A stretch of 64,000 bases of DNA. Source: Octopus sinensis (lineage: Eukaryota). The translations under genes were made by a program, and so were the position numbers. Every line of letters begins with the position of its first letter. The stretch's first letter is position 1. Below, piece by piece: positions 15,600 through 27,649 of the stretch. Location: contig NC_043001.1 of NCBI RefSeq assembly GCF_006345805.1, forward strand, positions 107,322,001-107,386,000, given 5' to 3'. The notes beneath the pieces are model-generated. The model was not told the DNA's origin. It saw only the letters and a program-made list of their open reading frames with translations, and ran no database searches.

Positions 15600-16450
15600 A
15601 GTCTTTTCAAATGGCTAATAATGTGTGCGCGCGCCACTACTATACACATTGGAAAGCATTGTACAACCAAGTACTAAAGAAGATCTTTCCTCCTCCATGA
15701 AACAAAGCTGTCCCCGCTGGACGTCAACCCAGTACTGTTCATAGTCGGCCCCTCCTTGATTTTTCTCCAAGTCAAGGTCAGTGTTCGCAAGTTCATCAAC
15801 AATATAGCAGACATTTGAACTCTCTTTGACCGAACGTTCTTCATCTCACTTTACGAAAGCAGTAGTTGCTGCTACAGCTATTACTACTGCTGTTACCAGA
15901 ATTTACTGCTGCTACTACTACTGCTACAATTAGAAACATACAAGTTTAAATGACACCGAGATGTTTTTCCCCGTGTCTGAATTATACCGGTGACACCAAT
16001 GAAAAATCCCTTTGTTTTTCTTTGTTAGGAGAAAAGAGAATTTACTGTAAAAACAAACCCTCAGCCCTCCCTCCAGGGTGTAAATTACTTTAAAAAGAAA
16101 TACTTTAAAAGGGAAAAACGTGAGAAAAAAAAATTAAATTAAATTAACGATAGACAAAAACATGTGCCTTCTCGCACATAAACACATTATTCACACTTAT
16201 ACAAACATACGCAGACGCAAATATTGAAGTACTAAATGGCTCTCCCTCACTTGTCCTTCCCATTAATGCCATTGCTCAACCAATTCTGAACGATCTTGTC
16301 AGGTCAGGTCTGTTGTATGCAGCATCGGATCCTACTACTGGTAAACTGTAAACCAGTACAACCTGTGTCAGTGGGGTAGAAAGGGCTCCTTAGCCGTAGT
16401 GAAGGCAATCTATCTAGGGAGATAACCTTACAATAAATCACTCGGTCCGG

Positions 16451-18985
16451 TCTCTCTCAAACCAAAGTCAGCAAGAGGCTCTTTCAGCTGCCTCTTCCAT
16501 CTCCCGCACAGCAACCCTTCATTCCTTACCTCACATTCCATGCCGATTGGGCAGGGAATCCCCTACAGCCAACCTCGACTGGGAAAAGCCATACCTTCCA
16601 TCCCTTCTCCTTGCAATCCCGCAGAAGGCTATCATATCTTGCACGTTTCCATTCATGAGCCTCATCACACCCCTCTTGCCACGGACTGTTAGTTCAATTA
16701 TGATCATTTTCGCGGCCTTTTCAGACCACAGGACTACATCTGGCCTCAAGGTTGTATGGACAACATGAGGAAACTGCAATCCCTCCTCTAATTCCACTTT
16801 CATATCCCATGGTTGAGGTCCTTGCAGCAAGCTATGTATTGTTTTTGATGACTCTATTGGTTTCTCTCCCTCTTTCCTGAACTTAATTGCTGCTGTTGCC
16901 TTCTCTTGGTGGTGATGTTTCTTGTGCCTTTCCTGCTCCAGGAGCAAGTGTTGCAAGCACCCTATCATGGCGCCATTTGTAACTGCCTCGAGAAAGTGCT
17001 ATTCTGCATCTTGCCAGACGTGTGCCAGAGCGCCCCTATCTCCACAAATTCTACACAGTTAGTATTCCCTCAAACCCCATCTCTGCAGGTTTGTTAGTGC
17101 CGGGAGTGTGTCATACACCGCCCGCAGCAGGATGGAGATGCGAAAAGGTTCCAGCCTACACAGGTCAGTCCCTGTGAGCTTCCTCTTAGGGAGATCCCAT
17201 TTAGACCATGCACTTTAAAATACCAGCTCCACAGCACTTGATTTCTTTTTATCTTCCTTCTGGTACCGTACCGCTTCCTGGGTCATAGCCCGCCTCTACC
17301 TGGTGTCTGCTTTCTTCCATTGTTGGAAATAGGAAGACCCAAAACCCTGGCGACCCTTGCACGTACCTCCAATGATGCCGTATAGCTCCACCGTGCCTTC
17401 AGCCTGAGCGAAAGCGGTGCTAGCTACCCACTTTCACCCAGACCTTGTGGTAATACCTGCATGTCTGATAAGCTAGTCCTTAGAGTCTCTGACATCATTA
17501 CAACATTACATTTGGCAACTTTAAATTCCTCCACTACAGATGACAGGGGAAGTTGTAGCTGTCCTGATCTTATGTACAGGCCAATTAAATTGATGCTTGA
17601 GGGAACTCCTAGCCATCTTCCGAGGTATTTATTTATCTTCCTCTCTGCCCTTTCCACACTTGCCATTGGAACATCATACATCGTCAACAACCATACGAGT
17701 CTTGAGAGCGGCCCATGTTGGTAGAGTCATGCCCTGAACTTTCCTGGAAGCGCTGATCTATCAATCCTCATCGGCCACTCCTCTGCTTGCTTCACAATAT
17801 TTGTAACATTGCTTCTCTCTAACAGCCACTTGCCAAACAAGGCATTTAATGGCTAGAAGAATATTGAGCTTTATTTGATAACCAGCTGATCTAGCAAGCG
17901 GGGCCTCATATCAGTGAGGGGGCCCGGTGCGCATTAATGCCGTCGAGAGGTAGGAATCTATTGATGGAATCGCCTTTCCTTGCATTTTAAGCCTGATTTT
18001 GTTGGTTACCTTACCCCCACTGATCACCAAGCAACTCGATTTCTTTGGCTTAAACCTCATTCTTGCCCATGTCGCCATTTGTTCGTGCGAAGTCAGCATT
18101 CTTTCTGCCTCCACATGGGTTGCAGCTGGTACCGTAATATCATCTATGAAACTCCTTATAGGGTGCTGACAGCTGCCTGATTCCATTGTTGGTCCTTGAG
18201 CTCCTCTATCAGCAGTTGATATGAGGCAATTCATACCCGTAATAAAAAGAATGGGAGAAATCGTGCACCCAGTTATGATTCCTTTCTCAAGGTCTTGCCA
18301 CCGAGTTGTAAAATGGGTTGTTCTGAAACGTAATTGGATACCTTCAAAATAACAGCTGATTATTCTCCTAATATTGGGGAGGGGGAACATGATACTAGTC
18401 AAGGGCTGCATATACTATGAAGGCATGAGGAATTGATCCGTATGCATTTTCCAGAGCCAGCCAAACCATTGTCAGGTTACCTTTACTTCTCTTATCCTCA
18501 TGAATAATCTGACTGAGAATTCCAGTGTGTTCCAGACATCCTGTGAAATCCGGAGCTCCACCTTTCTGGATAGATGTGGTTATATACCCATCCTCAGTTA
18601 TGTATGATGTCTTCCTTTCGGCCAGTACAAAAAAGATCTCCTCAACACTCAGGAGGGAGATTGTCCTGAACTGATTAACGGCTGTGAAGTTTTATTATTT
18701 TGGCACAAAACATCCTTCCGCCTTCTTCTAACATGGTGGGATGATAAACTTTGTCCAGAACTTTCATAACAGCGCCAACAGCCTCCGAAAAAGCTACGGG
18801 CATTTCTTGTATACTTTATAAGGTATACAATTTGGGCAAGATGCTGGTGCTGATCTGGCCTTTTTCCCCACTTGTTTCACTTCTTTTCAGGATGGACAGC
18901 TGAGGGTGAATTTGTACACTGGTATTTCAGCTCTACTGGCATTTGGGTCACAGCAGGAGCTTCGTTTCTGAGGTTATCATTGTGA
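16451..18985 (-). mobile_element. Degraded HERO-like (RLE-type) LINE body, 5'-truncated
   Basis: Fragments read PYKVYKKCP, EKGIITGCTISPILF, SFIDDIT, RMRFKPKKS (RT) and LRPDVVLWS...IIELTV (RLE). Many stops and frameshifts. Confidence 0.8.
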
Positions 18986-19001
18986 GTTTACTTCAGAAAT
19001 G

Positions 19002-19061
<60 letters not shown>

Positions 19062-19065
<4 letters not shown>

Positions 19066-19257
19066 ATCCTAACATGAAAACACAACAACGCGAGAACGTG
19101 GAACAAGTATAGAGTTATTGGACGCTCAGGAAAGGAAAGAAAGAAGGAGGATTTAACGTTTCGAGCGGAGCTCTTCTTCAGAAACATAGGAAAAGGAATG
19201 ATCTAAGGAAAGGAAGACGGAGGGAAAAGATCGCCAACGATACACACGCGGTCACAT
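19062..19257 (-). mobile_element. Solo Penelope-like terminal repeat (~200 bp) between (TA)n tracts
   Basis: Carries a hammerhead core. A related partial copy lies at 50790-50860. Confidence 0.65.
19151..19187 (-). ncRNA. Minimal type I hammerhead ribozyme
   Basis: guuu CUGAAGA a GAGC-ucc-GCUC GAA ACGU U aaau: complete core, 4-bp stem II, palindromic ACGU stem III, GUU cleavage triplet, short stem I. Confidence 0.7.
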
Positions 19258-19781
19258 ATTATATATATATATATATACACGTATATGATGGTTGCTGCAT
19301 TCGAGTGTTTGTGTATATTCTTTAGTGTGCGCAAGACTTCGTGCATGGACTTCATTGATAAAACTAACTTTTGCACACCATTACCAACTTGTGTCGTTGT
19401 TAGCAACCGAATCATGTTGCAACTGTATTGAATTATTCTTCATTTCAAAGCACACAAGAAGACCGTCAAGAACGAAAAAAGCTAAATGACTGATCTTTAC
19501 TTGTTTTGTTTAACATTAGAACATCAGCTTCTGGAATAGGCGACAAAAGCTCTGTTTGAAAGCTAGCTTTGTTGATTGACATCGGTAAAAATAATTTCTA
19601 TTTTTAATGGGGATTATGGATTTTGAAGTAAGAAAGAAATTATCACTGCAAAGTCTTTGGCCCAGATTCGCATGTCTATCTGTATTAGTATGTGTGTGTA
19701 CATGTGTGCGTATGCGTGTATATTATATATATATATTTAATATAAATAATATATAAATATATGCATATATATATAAATATA

Positions 19782-19870
<89 letters not shown>

Positions 19871-20059
19871 CGTACATATACATACCTACATATATATGTA
19901 GGTATGTATATATGTGTACAGGACATCAAAAGGACGTTGAACACAATGAGAAACGAAAATATAAAAACAAAAACATAGAAAGAATAGGTGTGCATTTCAC
20001 AGTAGACGATCAACTGCCAATACTATAGATGCGATCTATTCATCATCGGGGTTGGGTTG

Positions 20060-20600
20060 GGGTGAGATAGAGCTCTAGAATAGTGGTAAGGTTGGAATTA
20101 GGGAGGTGAGCTAAAAGAAGACATGCAGAGAATATAAGGTACTAATAAGAGGAAGGCAGACAGAAATTACCAACACGACGAAAGATGGATTTGTAAAGTT
20201 CAAGAGTTAGAGGAAGAAATGTAGAAATAAGTGACCGGTGCCAGTATGGGTGAGGAAGGGGAATACTAAGTGGAATGGTGTGTAGAATAGCAACAGAGCA
20301 TAGGGCAAGGAAATTAGAATTATCAGTTTGCTGGACTAGCAACGGGGTTGGGAAGAGAGGCCCTCCGTGAAGAGGTGGCCGACAAGAATTTCAATGTGAG
20401 GAGGGATGTGCAAGATAAAATATACCGAGTAATCTCTGGATGTGAAGCATGATCGTCAATGCAATGCGACGAGGTAGAAGAGTTGGGAGGTAATGAAAGT
20501 ATATGGTTTTAAATCAGGTGATTGTAATGGGTTGCAGGTTTATCAGTTTATACCCTATCAGGTACATAACGAGGGCAGTGGGTGCACTATAGACATATGC
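20060..20600 (-). mobile_element. Possible old L2/CR1 3' remnant
   Basis: Only weak similarity to the RT C-terminus, in short broken frames. Confidence 0.3.
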
Positions 20601-21459
20601 GTTTGTTGACAATTAGCTGGATAAAGAATTTATTTATTGCATTAATGATGTATTAATTTTTCGAATTTTAATAAAAAGAGACGATGAGCGATGGCTAGAA
20701 GAATATTGAGCTTTATTTGATAACCAGCTGATCTAGCAAGCGGGGCCTCATATCAGTGAGGGGGCCCGGTGCGCATTGATGCCGTCGAGAGGTAGGCCCC
20801 GAAACGGCGCGCATTATCTCCTAATGATCCCATACACTTGCTGGCTTCCGGCATGAGGAGCTTTTGACTGGTAGCACTTGCATGCGCAAGTTGTTTGCTA
20901 GACATCTCGTGAATATCTATAAGTGGTTGCTTGGAAAGAACTTAAAGTTAAATTGGTGCAATGGGATAAAAAAAAAAGTAGATGAACTAAAGAATTATGG
21001 AATATGAAATCATAGTGTGTTTGAGTAAGTGGTAAAGTTATTATTACGGCAAAACTAAATTAGGAATTCAGAGAATTATGTAGTACAATAATCGTGGTAA
21101 AAGATGAGGGATAAGGTGGTACATTACGGCTTAAATAAAATAAAGTTCTAATTTATGTAGACGAGAATTGTGTGGAAATGTTCTTTGCGCTTCATTTAGC
21201 TTTCTGGTAAAATGGGAACGTTTTGAAGAATGTGGACAGAAGTATTGAACTTTTCATTTTGTCTGTCCAGCAATTGTACTGGATTATGTAAACGGATTAA
21301 TTGCTTAACTGAAGCACTGCTTATAGACACTGTTTATTTGATAGATATAGCAGCCCTGGTTTATTATTTATAAGTCAACCTGAGCATTCATTGTGTGCGT
21401 CTATGACCCTACATCATCAAATGTGTTACAAACATATCTGAAATTATATGTTTGCTAAT

Positions 21460-22380
21460 TTATAACATAATTAATCTATTTGGCAAATTGTTGATCTCTC
21501 GACCATAAAATTCTTCAGGTTTCGAAGCAAAGAAAAACTCGGTATCACTCTTGAGCTCTTTACGAGTAATAAACACTTTTCCTTCTAAATAATGTTGCAA
21601 TGATCTTGAAATATGGTTATCACACGAAGTTAGATCAGGAGAATAAGGAAGATGAAGCAAGGATGGCATATTTAGTGTAATAATAGTCTTTTCCCAAGGG
21701 ACTTGGACAATAAGTGGTCTGCATTATGATTTACCAATGGCGGCCCTTTACCTGTAAGTTTTTGAGCAATGTATCAAATGATAATATTATAGCTCGGCAA
21801 TAACAGTTTCGTCTTGATTGAACACTTCATGATAGGCAATACCTTCATTTCCCACCAAACTCAGAGCGTAACATTTTCGGGTGCAATCTTGGCTTGGCAT
21901 GGATTACCTCTTTTCGTTGGGTGTTGACCATTGTCGTTCTGGTCAAATATGATTATAGAAAAGGTGCTTTGCATCACATGTGATTATTCTAGCTACGCAA
22001 CACTTCCACTCTTCAATGAAGAGTGGAAGCCAATTCTTTGATTAAGCTGCGAAGTAGTCAGAAGATGAAAAAAACCTACTGACCAAGTCAAGACATTTCT
22101 CATGAAGGCGTTTATGATCGAAGCGTGAATTCAACTGAACTGTTTTTCTAATTTTCATGCAGTTTGCATTGGGTTTTTCTCTGTAACGTTTTTTTTTTGT
22201 TTTTTTTTTCTGAAGCTCAATATTGACAACTTGGTCATCCAGATCGAGAGAGATTTGCGTCAGAGGAAATTCCCGAATGAAACTGATCAAGTCACCATTG
22301 ACATGTCTGAACACGTAGAGCTTCCTTTCCAGAAATAGAAAAAACATTTTTTGCTACTTCCATTGCTGAAAAGCTCCTTT
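21460..22380 (-). mobile_element. Decayed mariner transposase
   Basis: LLHLPYSPDLTSCDNHISRSLQHYLEGK...FFASKPEEFY (the YSPDL block), with KPRLHPK upstream. TIRs not found. Confidence 0.8.
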
Positions 22381-22384
22381 TGAA

Positions 22385-22410
22385 TTAACACACACACACA
22401 CACACACGCA

Positions 22411-22482
<72 letters not shown>

Positions 22483-22548
22483 TCTGCCTGTCGATGTCTC
22501 TGACCGTTGACTGGCTATTCGCCCGTTTGTCTGACTGTCCGTCTGACA

Positions 22549-22630
<82 letters not shown>

Positions 22631-22711
22631 CTATCTATCGTATACCTATCTATCCATTCATCCATTCATCCATCCGTCCTCCCATACCTCCATCGATCGA
22701 TCGATCCATTC

Positions 22712-22776
<65 letters not shown>

Positions 22777-22961
22777 GCTAGCTAGCTAGCTAGATAGCTA
22801 TATATATATATATATATATATATCGATCTATCTATCGTATACCTATCTATCCATTCATCCATTCATCCATTCATCCATCCATCCATCCATCCATTCATCG
22901 TTCGTCCTTCCATACCTCCATGGATCGATCGATCGATCCATCCATCCATCCATCCATCCAT

Positions 22962-23000
<39 letters not shown>

Positions 23001-23007
23001 TCCATTC

Positions 23008-23057
<50 letters not shown>

Positions 23058-23070
23058 ATCTATCTATCTA
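22385..23070. repeat. Compound microsatellite (CA)n/(TCTA)n/(TA)n/(TCCA)n/(CCAG)n with an internal duplication
   Basis: Read directly. The block ATCGATCTATCTATCGTATACCTATCTATCCATTCATCC occurs at about 22623 and 22821. Confidence 0.9.
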
Positions 23071-23664
23071 TGTGTACTTATATGTATTAGTTGTATATAC
23101 ATATATAGAATATTATGCATGTATATACATATACAGAATAAGTATGTATGTATGTATGTATGAAGTAATTATTGACAGTCAATATCATACTTGCATCACT
23201 TAGTAAGCTTAACTGAATTGTAGATTCATGTAGGATAGTACTATGAAGTGTTAATTAATAATATAAGCAGGGAAAAAAATAGAGAGAGAAATATAGAAAG
23301 GAAAGCAATGGCGGAAATTTATAATAAGCAACGGAAAATCCAGCAATGTGTGCGTGCGTGTGTGTGTGTATGCGTGTGTGTCCGAGTGTGTGTGCGTGTG
23401 TTTTGCCTCAATTAATAAATCCTTGTTGAGATTTCCATATGAAATCTTCGGCTCTGCTTACTATTTGATGCCGATGAGATATTGATCACCGCCGATTAGT
23501 TTAGCGCTTGGCGATATCTACTAAGCTGGTAATTAGCCTTTGTGAGCCGTTGCCTAGCTTCGGTTTCATGGATGTAAAGCAAACATAAGATAAATCTCCC
23601 GCTTTATATAGGACAGCACAGTGTAACGATGTAAAATATTAAAATCCGAGAAACTTGTAATATA

Positions 23665-24094
23665 GGCGCAGGAGTGGCTGTGTGGTAAGTAGCTTGCTAA
23701 TCAACTACATGGTTCCGGGTTCAGTCCCACTGCGTGGCATCTTGGGCAAGTGTCTTCTGCTATAGCCCCGGGCCGACCAATGCCTTGTGAGTGGATTTGG
23801 TAGACGGAAACTGAAAGAAGCCTGTCGTATATATGTATATATATATATAAGTGTGTGTGTATATGTTTGTCTGTCTGTGTTTGTCCCCCTAGCATTGTTT
23901 GACAACCGATGCTGGTGTGTTTACGTCCCCGTCACTTAGCGGTTCGGCAAAAGAGACCGATAGAATAAGTACTGGGCTTACAAAGAATAAGTCCCGGGGT
24001 CGATTTGCTCGACTAAAGGCGGTGCTCCAGCATGGCCGCAGTCAAATGACTGAAACAAGTAAAAGAGTAAAAGAGTAAAAGAGAGAGAAAGAGT
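23665..24094 (+). mobile_element. Full-length SINE family B flanked by ~80-bp direct repeats
   Basis: A box TGGCTGTGTGG, B box GGGTTCAGTCCC, MIR-core-like CTTGGGCAAGTG, (GTAAAAGA)n tail. Flanks 23585-23664 and 24095-24172 are near-identical. Confidence 0.9.
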
Positions 24095-25097
24095 ATAAGA
24101 TAAATCTCTCGCTATATAGGACAGCACAGTGTAACAAAGTAAAATATTAAAATCCGAGAAACTTGTAATATAGCACCAGGCCATCATAGTAGTGGTCTAG
24201 CACAGCTGTAGTTTGTCACGTCGCCAGTCTATCATAACACCAGACGGTGAAAAATACTGGTCTATCAAAGGTAAAATTAAAATATGATATGAGCCTCTTA
24301 GGTGATCAATCAGGCTGCTAGAAAGAGCAGCCAAAATTATCTCATTTCACGAAATCTCATCTAAAAATAAATAAATAAATAAATAAAAAGCTTAAAAGAT
24401 GAATCCTTAAGACTGCACAGCAAAACTATTCTTTCTCACTTTTGGTAGAAGCTAGAGGTGAGGGAGAAGTCGATTATATCGACCCCCCACTGCTCACCAG
24501 GTACTTTTATTTTATTGAAAAATAAAGTCGACCTCAGAGGCATAATATGCACTTTTGTGGAAAGATGTTTGAAAATATGTCCTTCAGGACAGAGATAACC
24601 TGGTACTAAGCAGCGGTAGCAGTAGCAGCAGCAGCAGCAACAACAACAGCAACAATATTAACAACAACAACCACTTCAACAATAAGTGGTGTGATTAATT
24701 TCATAGATTATTTGCTTCTCATTATCAACTGCTATGGAAACGAGGATGTATTGAAAGATACATTGACCCTGTTGCCATTAACAAGCAAGTTTGACTTTGT
24801 CCCAACAACATAGCCACTCTAAACTAATTTTGCCTCTCTATTTGATCCTCATGGCCAGGAATCAAATAAAAAGCCCTTACGAAATCACTTGAACACATAA
24901 ATATAGCAACTAAATCTTTCTCAAATGACATCATACCGCTTTAAGAGCAGAAATAAATAAACTGAGTAATATTGCTTAGATATATTGTGTTTGTAGGAAA
25001 ATGAGACATATTAACATTCAATAATGCATTATTAACTGCTAGGAGGGGTAAATCCAGTCACTTTGCTCTATCATACGTAATATCTTTCCTAACAGTG

Positions 25098-25318
25098 AGG
25101 CGACGAGCTGGCAGAACTGTTAACACGCCGGGCAAATTGCTTGGCGGTGTTTCGTCTGTTTCTCGCATTTTGAGTTCAAATTCCGCCGAGGTCAACTTTG
25201 TCTCTCATAATTTCGGGATCAATAAAATAAGTGACAGTTGAACACTGAGGTCGATGTAATCGACTTCACCATTACCCCGAACTTGCAGGCGTTGTGCTAA
25301 AATTTGAAATCAATATCT
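25098..25318 (+). mobile_element. SINE family A
   Basis: GGCGACGAGCTGGCAGAA head, GAGTTCAAATTCC B box, family body. Confidence 0.85.
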
Positions 25319-25847
25319 TTCTCAACAGACTCCCACACTGCAAAAGAAAAAACCTGCGAATTTATGCCTTCTTCAGTTTGATCATCACTTTTTATCTCGT
25401 AACTTATTCATCTCTATCTCTCATGAGAGAACGTATATACAGTATTACATCTATATATTAATACACATTAATTATATACATATAAAAATATTTTCATGGG
25501 AATTAGTTTAGTAGTAGAAAACTGCAACTAGATCTTCATGTGAAGTTTTTAATATATTAAATAATCTTTCAACTTTGTCAATTACTTCCTGGTACACGCC
25601 TCACTGGGTGTGATCTTACTTATCAGGCCAATCGACACTGGTACGCGTCTTTCTGTCCAAAGTTCTCTCGAAAATTCTGCATGAAGCGTTTCTAATAACT
25701 GAGAAAGTTATAATCCAAGTCTTCTAACTTAGTAATCAGGACAATCTTTCTCAGAAGCAAATCCTTTAATATATGATTAAGATTATTCAGTATTGCAAGA
25801 CACAATGATTTCTAATTACGGGTTAGTGTCCTTTGCTAAAGATATTA

Positions 25848-26226
25848 AATACAGGCAAGGCGGCGAGCTGGTAAAAACGTTCCGAGTTCAAATTCTGCTG
25901 AGGTCGACTTTGCCTTTCATGCTTTCGAGGTCGATAATTTAAGTACCTGTTGCGTACTCGGGCCCCTCTCCCAAAATTTTGGGCCTTGTGCCTAGAGTAG
26001 AAAAGAATATTAAATACAGGCATGAGATGGGTGAGCTGGCAGAATCGTTAGCACGCCGGAGAAAATGCTGCGCGGCATTTCTTCCGTCATTACGTTCTGA
26101 GTTCAAATTCTGCCGGGGTCGACATTACCTTTCATCCATCCGGAGTTGAACACTTGGATCGATGTAATCGACTTACCCCTCCTTGAACGTACTGGCTTTT
26201 TGACAAAACTTGAAACCAATATTAAA
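25848..26226 (+). mobile_element. Two tandem SINE family A copies
   Basis: Family head and body occur twice. Confidence 0.8.
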
Positions 26227-26228
26227 TA

Positions 26229-27402
26229 CAGGGTGCGTTAGGTATTTGAGGACTTACCTTTTTGGGGTTATTGCTGCATTTTTTGCTAACTCTATAATTT
26301 TCGTTTCAGAAAATAATACTGACCTTCAGCTTACTCAAGAAATGAAGAGACATGCTGTTATTGTGGTTATAAAGGCTGAGCATAGCGATTAAGAAATATC
26401 TCGATTTTTAAAAGTTGCCAAATCTTTCGTCTACAAAATTTGTAAGGAGCTAGAGACGGAAGATGGAAACGTATCACCAGTATCAAAGCATAAACAGCGT
26501 TCTAAACACACTGAAATAATTAAAGCACCTGAATTTATCCAGCAAGTTCAACAGGCCGTTGATTACAATCCCAGAAATTTCATGAAGTCAATTACAAAGT
26601 ATCTCCATGTGTCAGAAGGAACGGTCAGAAATGCTTTCCACGAAGGCATCAGATATAAGTCTTATATGATGAGGAAAAGTCAATTTGTCTGAAAAAGCAA
26701 AAGAAAATCACCACATCAGAACTAAAAGGCTTTTAAACAAACTGAAAATCCAGCAGAAGATTTGATTTGGTTTTTCTCAAACGAGAAAAATTTCCACCAA
26801 GATCAAAAAGTTAACAGAAGAAATGAAAGATGGTTATGTGCCGACCCTTCTGAAGTTCCAAGTGTTATGCATACAAAGTTTCCTGCAACTGTCATGGTTT
26901 TAGGGGTTGTCAGCAATGAAGGACATGTGGTGCCTCCTTACTTCTTTCCACAAGGCCTTAGAGTTAACTCTGTCTTGATGTCCTAGAAATAATTGTTAAG
27001 CTCTGGATAGACAGTGTATGCAATGGAAGGCCATATGTGTTTCAGTAAGACTCTGCACTGTTACACATGGCTCTGATGACACAGGAATGGATGGCTGAAA
27101 TTTTTCATGATCACACAACCCCTAACATTTGGTGTCCTATTTCCCCAGATCTCAGTCCTGGGGTCGATTTGCTCGACTAAAAGCGATGCTCCTGCATGGC
27201 CGCAGTAAAATGACTGAAACAAGTAAAAGAGTAAAAGAATAAAAAGTTGTTGAAGCTGAAGGCGGCTTTACTGAATAACATTATAGAAAAGAAGGTTTAT
27301 TTTTAACTTCATAGCATTTTTTGATATATAAAGTTATTATCCGTTATTATCTGGGTTTTTTTTATTAACATAGATCTGTCCTCAAATATCTTACTCACCC
27401 TG
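26229..27402 (+). mobile_element. Decayed DD37D/maT-type Tc1/mariner transposon with both TIRs
   Basis: TIRs CAGGGTGCGTTAGGTATTTGAGGAC / GTCCTCAAATATCTTACTCACCCTG, with TA on the left. Transposase pieces WFFSNEKNFHQDQKVNRRN..WL, HTKFPATVMVLGVVSNEGHV, YVFQ*DSA and SPDL. A SINE B tail at about 27155-27245 interrupts the 3' part. Confidence 0.85.
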
Positions 27403-27649
27403 TGCATGAATCCCCGCGTTACGGTTACCTTAGCTTATGCAATTTCGCGCTTACTGTCTATAATTTCAACCTAACGGAATCTTGGAGAGAATTTAAGAAT
27501 TAATAAAATGTATTTGTCAGTTTAGCGAAAAGGACTGCTTCTTGATGTTTTAGTTAAGGTAAAAGTAGTTAACAAATTGAAGTAACTATAATTACGATAC
27601 TAACATATACGTTTACAGGTGTGTGTGTGTGTGTGTACAAGTGTTTGTG

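Larger units (their letters stand above)
12473..16450 (-). mobile_element. Full-length RTE-clade LINE (APE + RT), frameshifted, with a 10-bp TSD
   Basis: APE ORF 14601..15599 (LNARTL, QEHR, VYSPH, GDLNARLG, GSDHRIV), linker ORFs, and RT ORF 12479..13894 (YRGISL, FVDFSKAFDS, GILQGDTLAP, FADD). (TGA)n tail. TSD TCTCTCTTAA (12463-12472) / TCTCTCTCAA (16451-16460). Confidence 0.9.
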
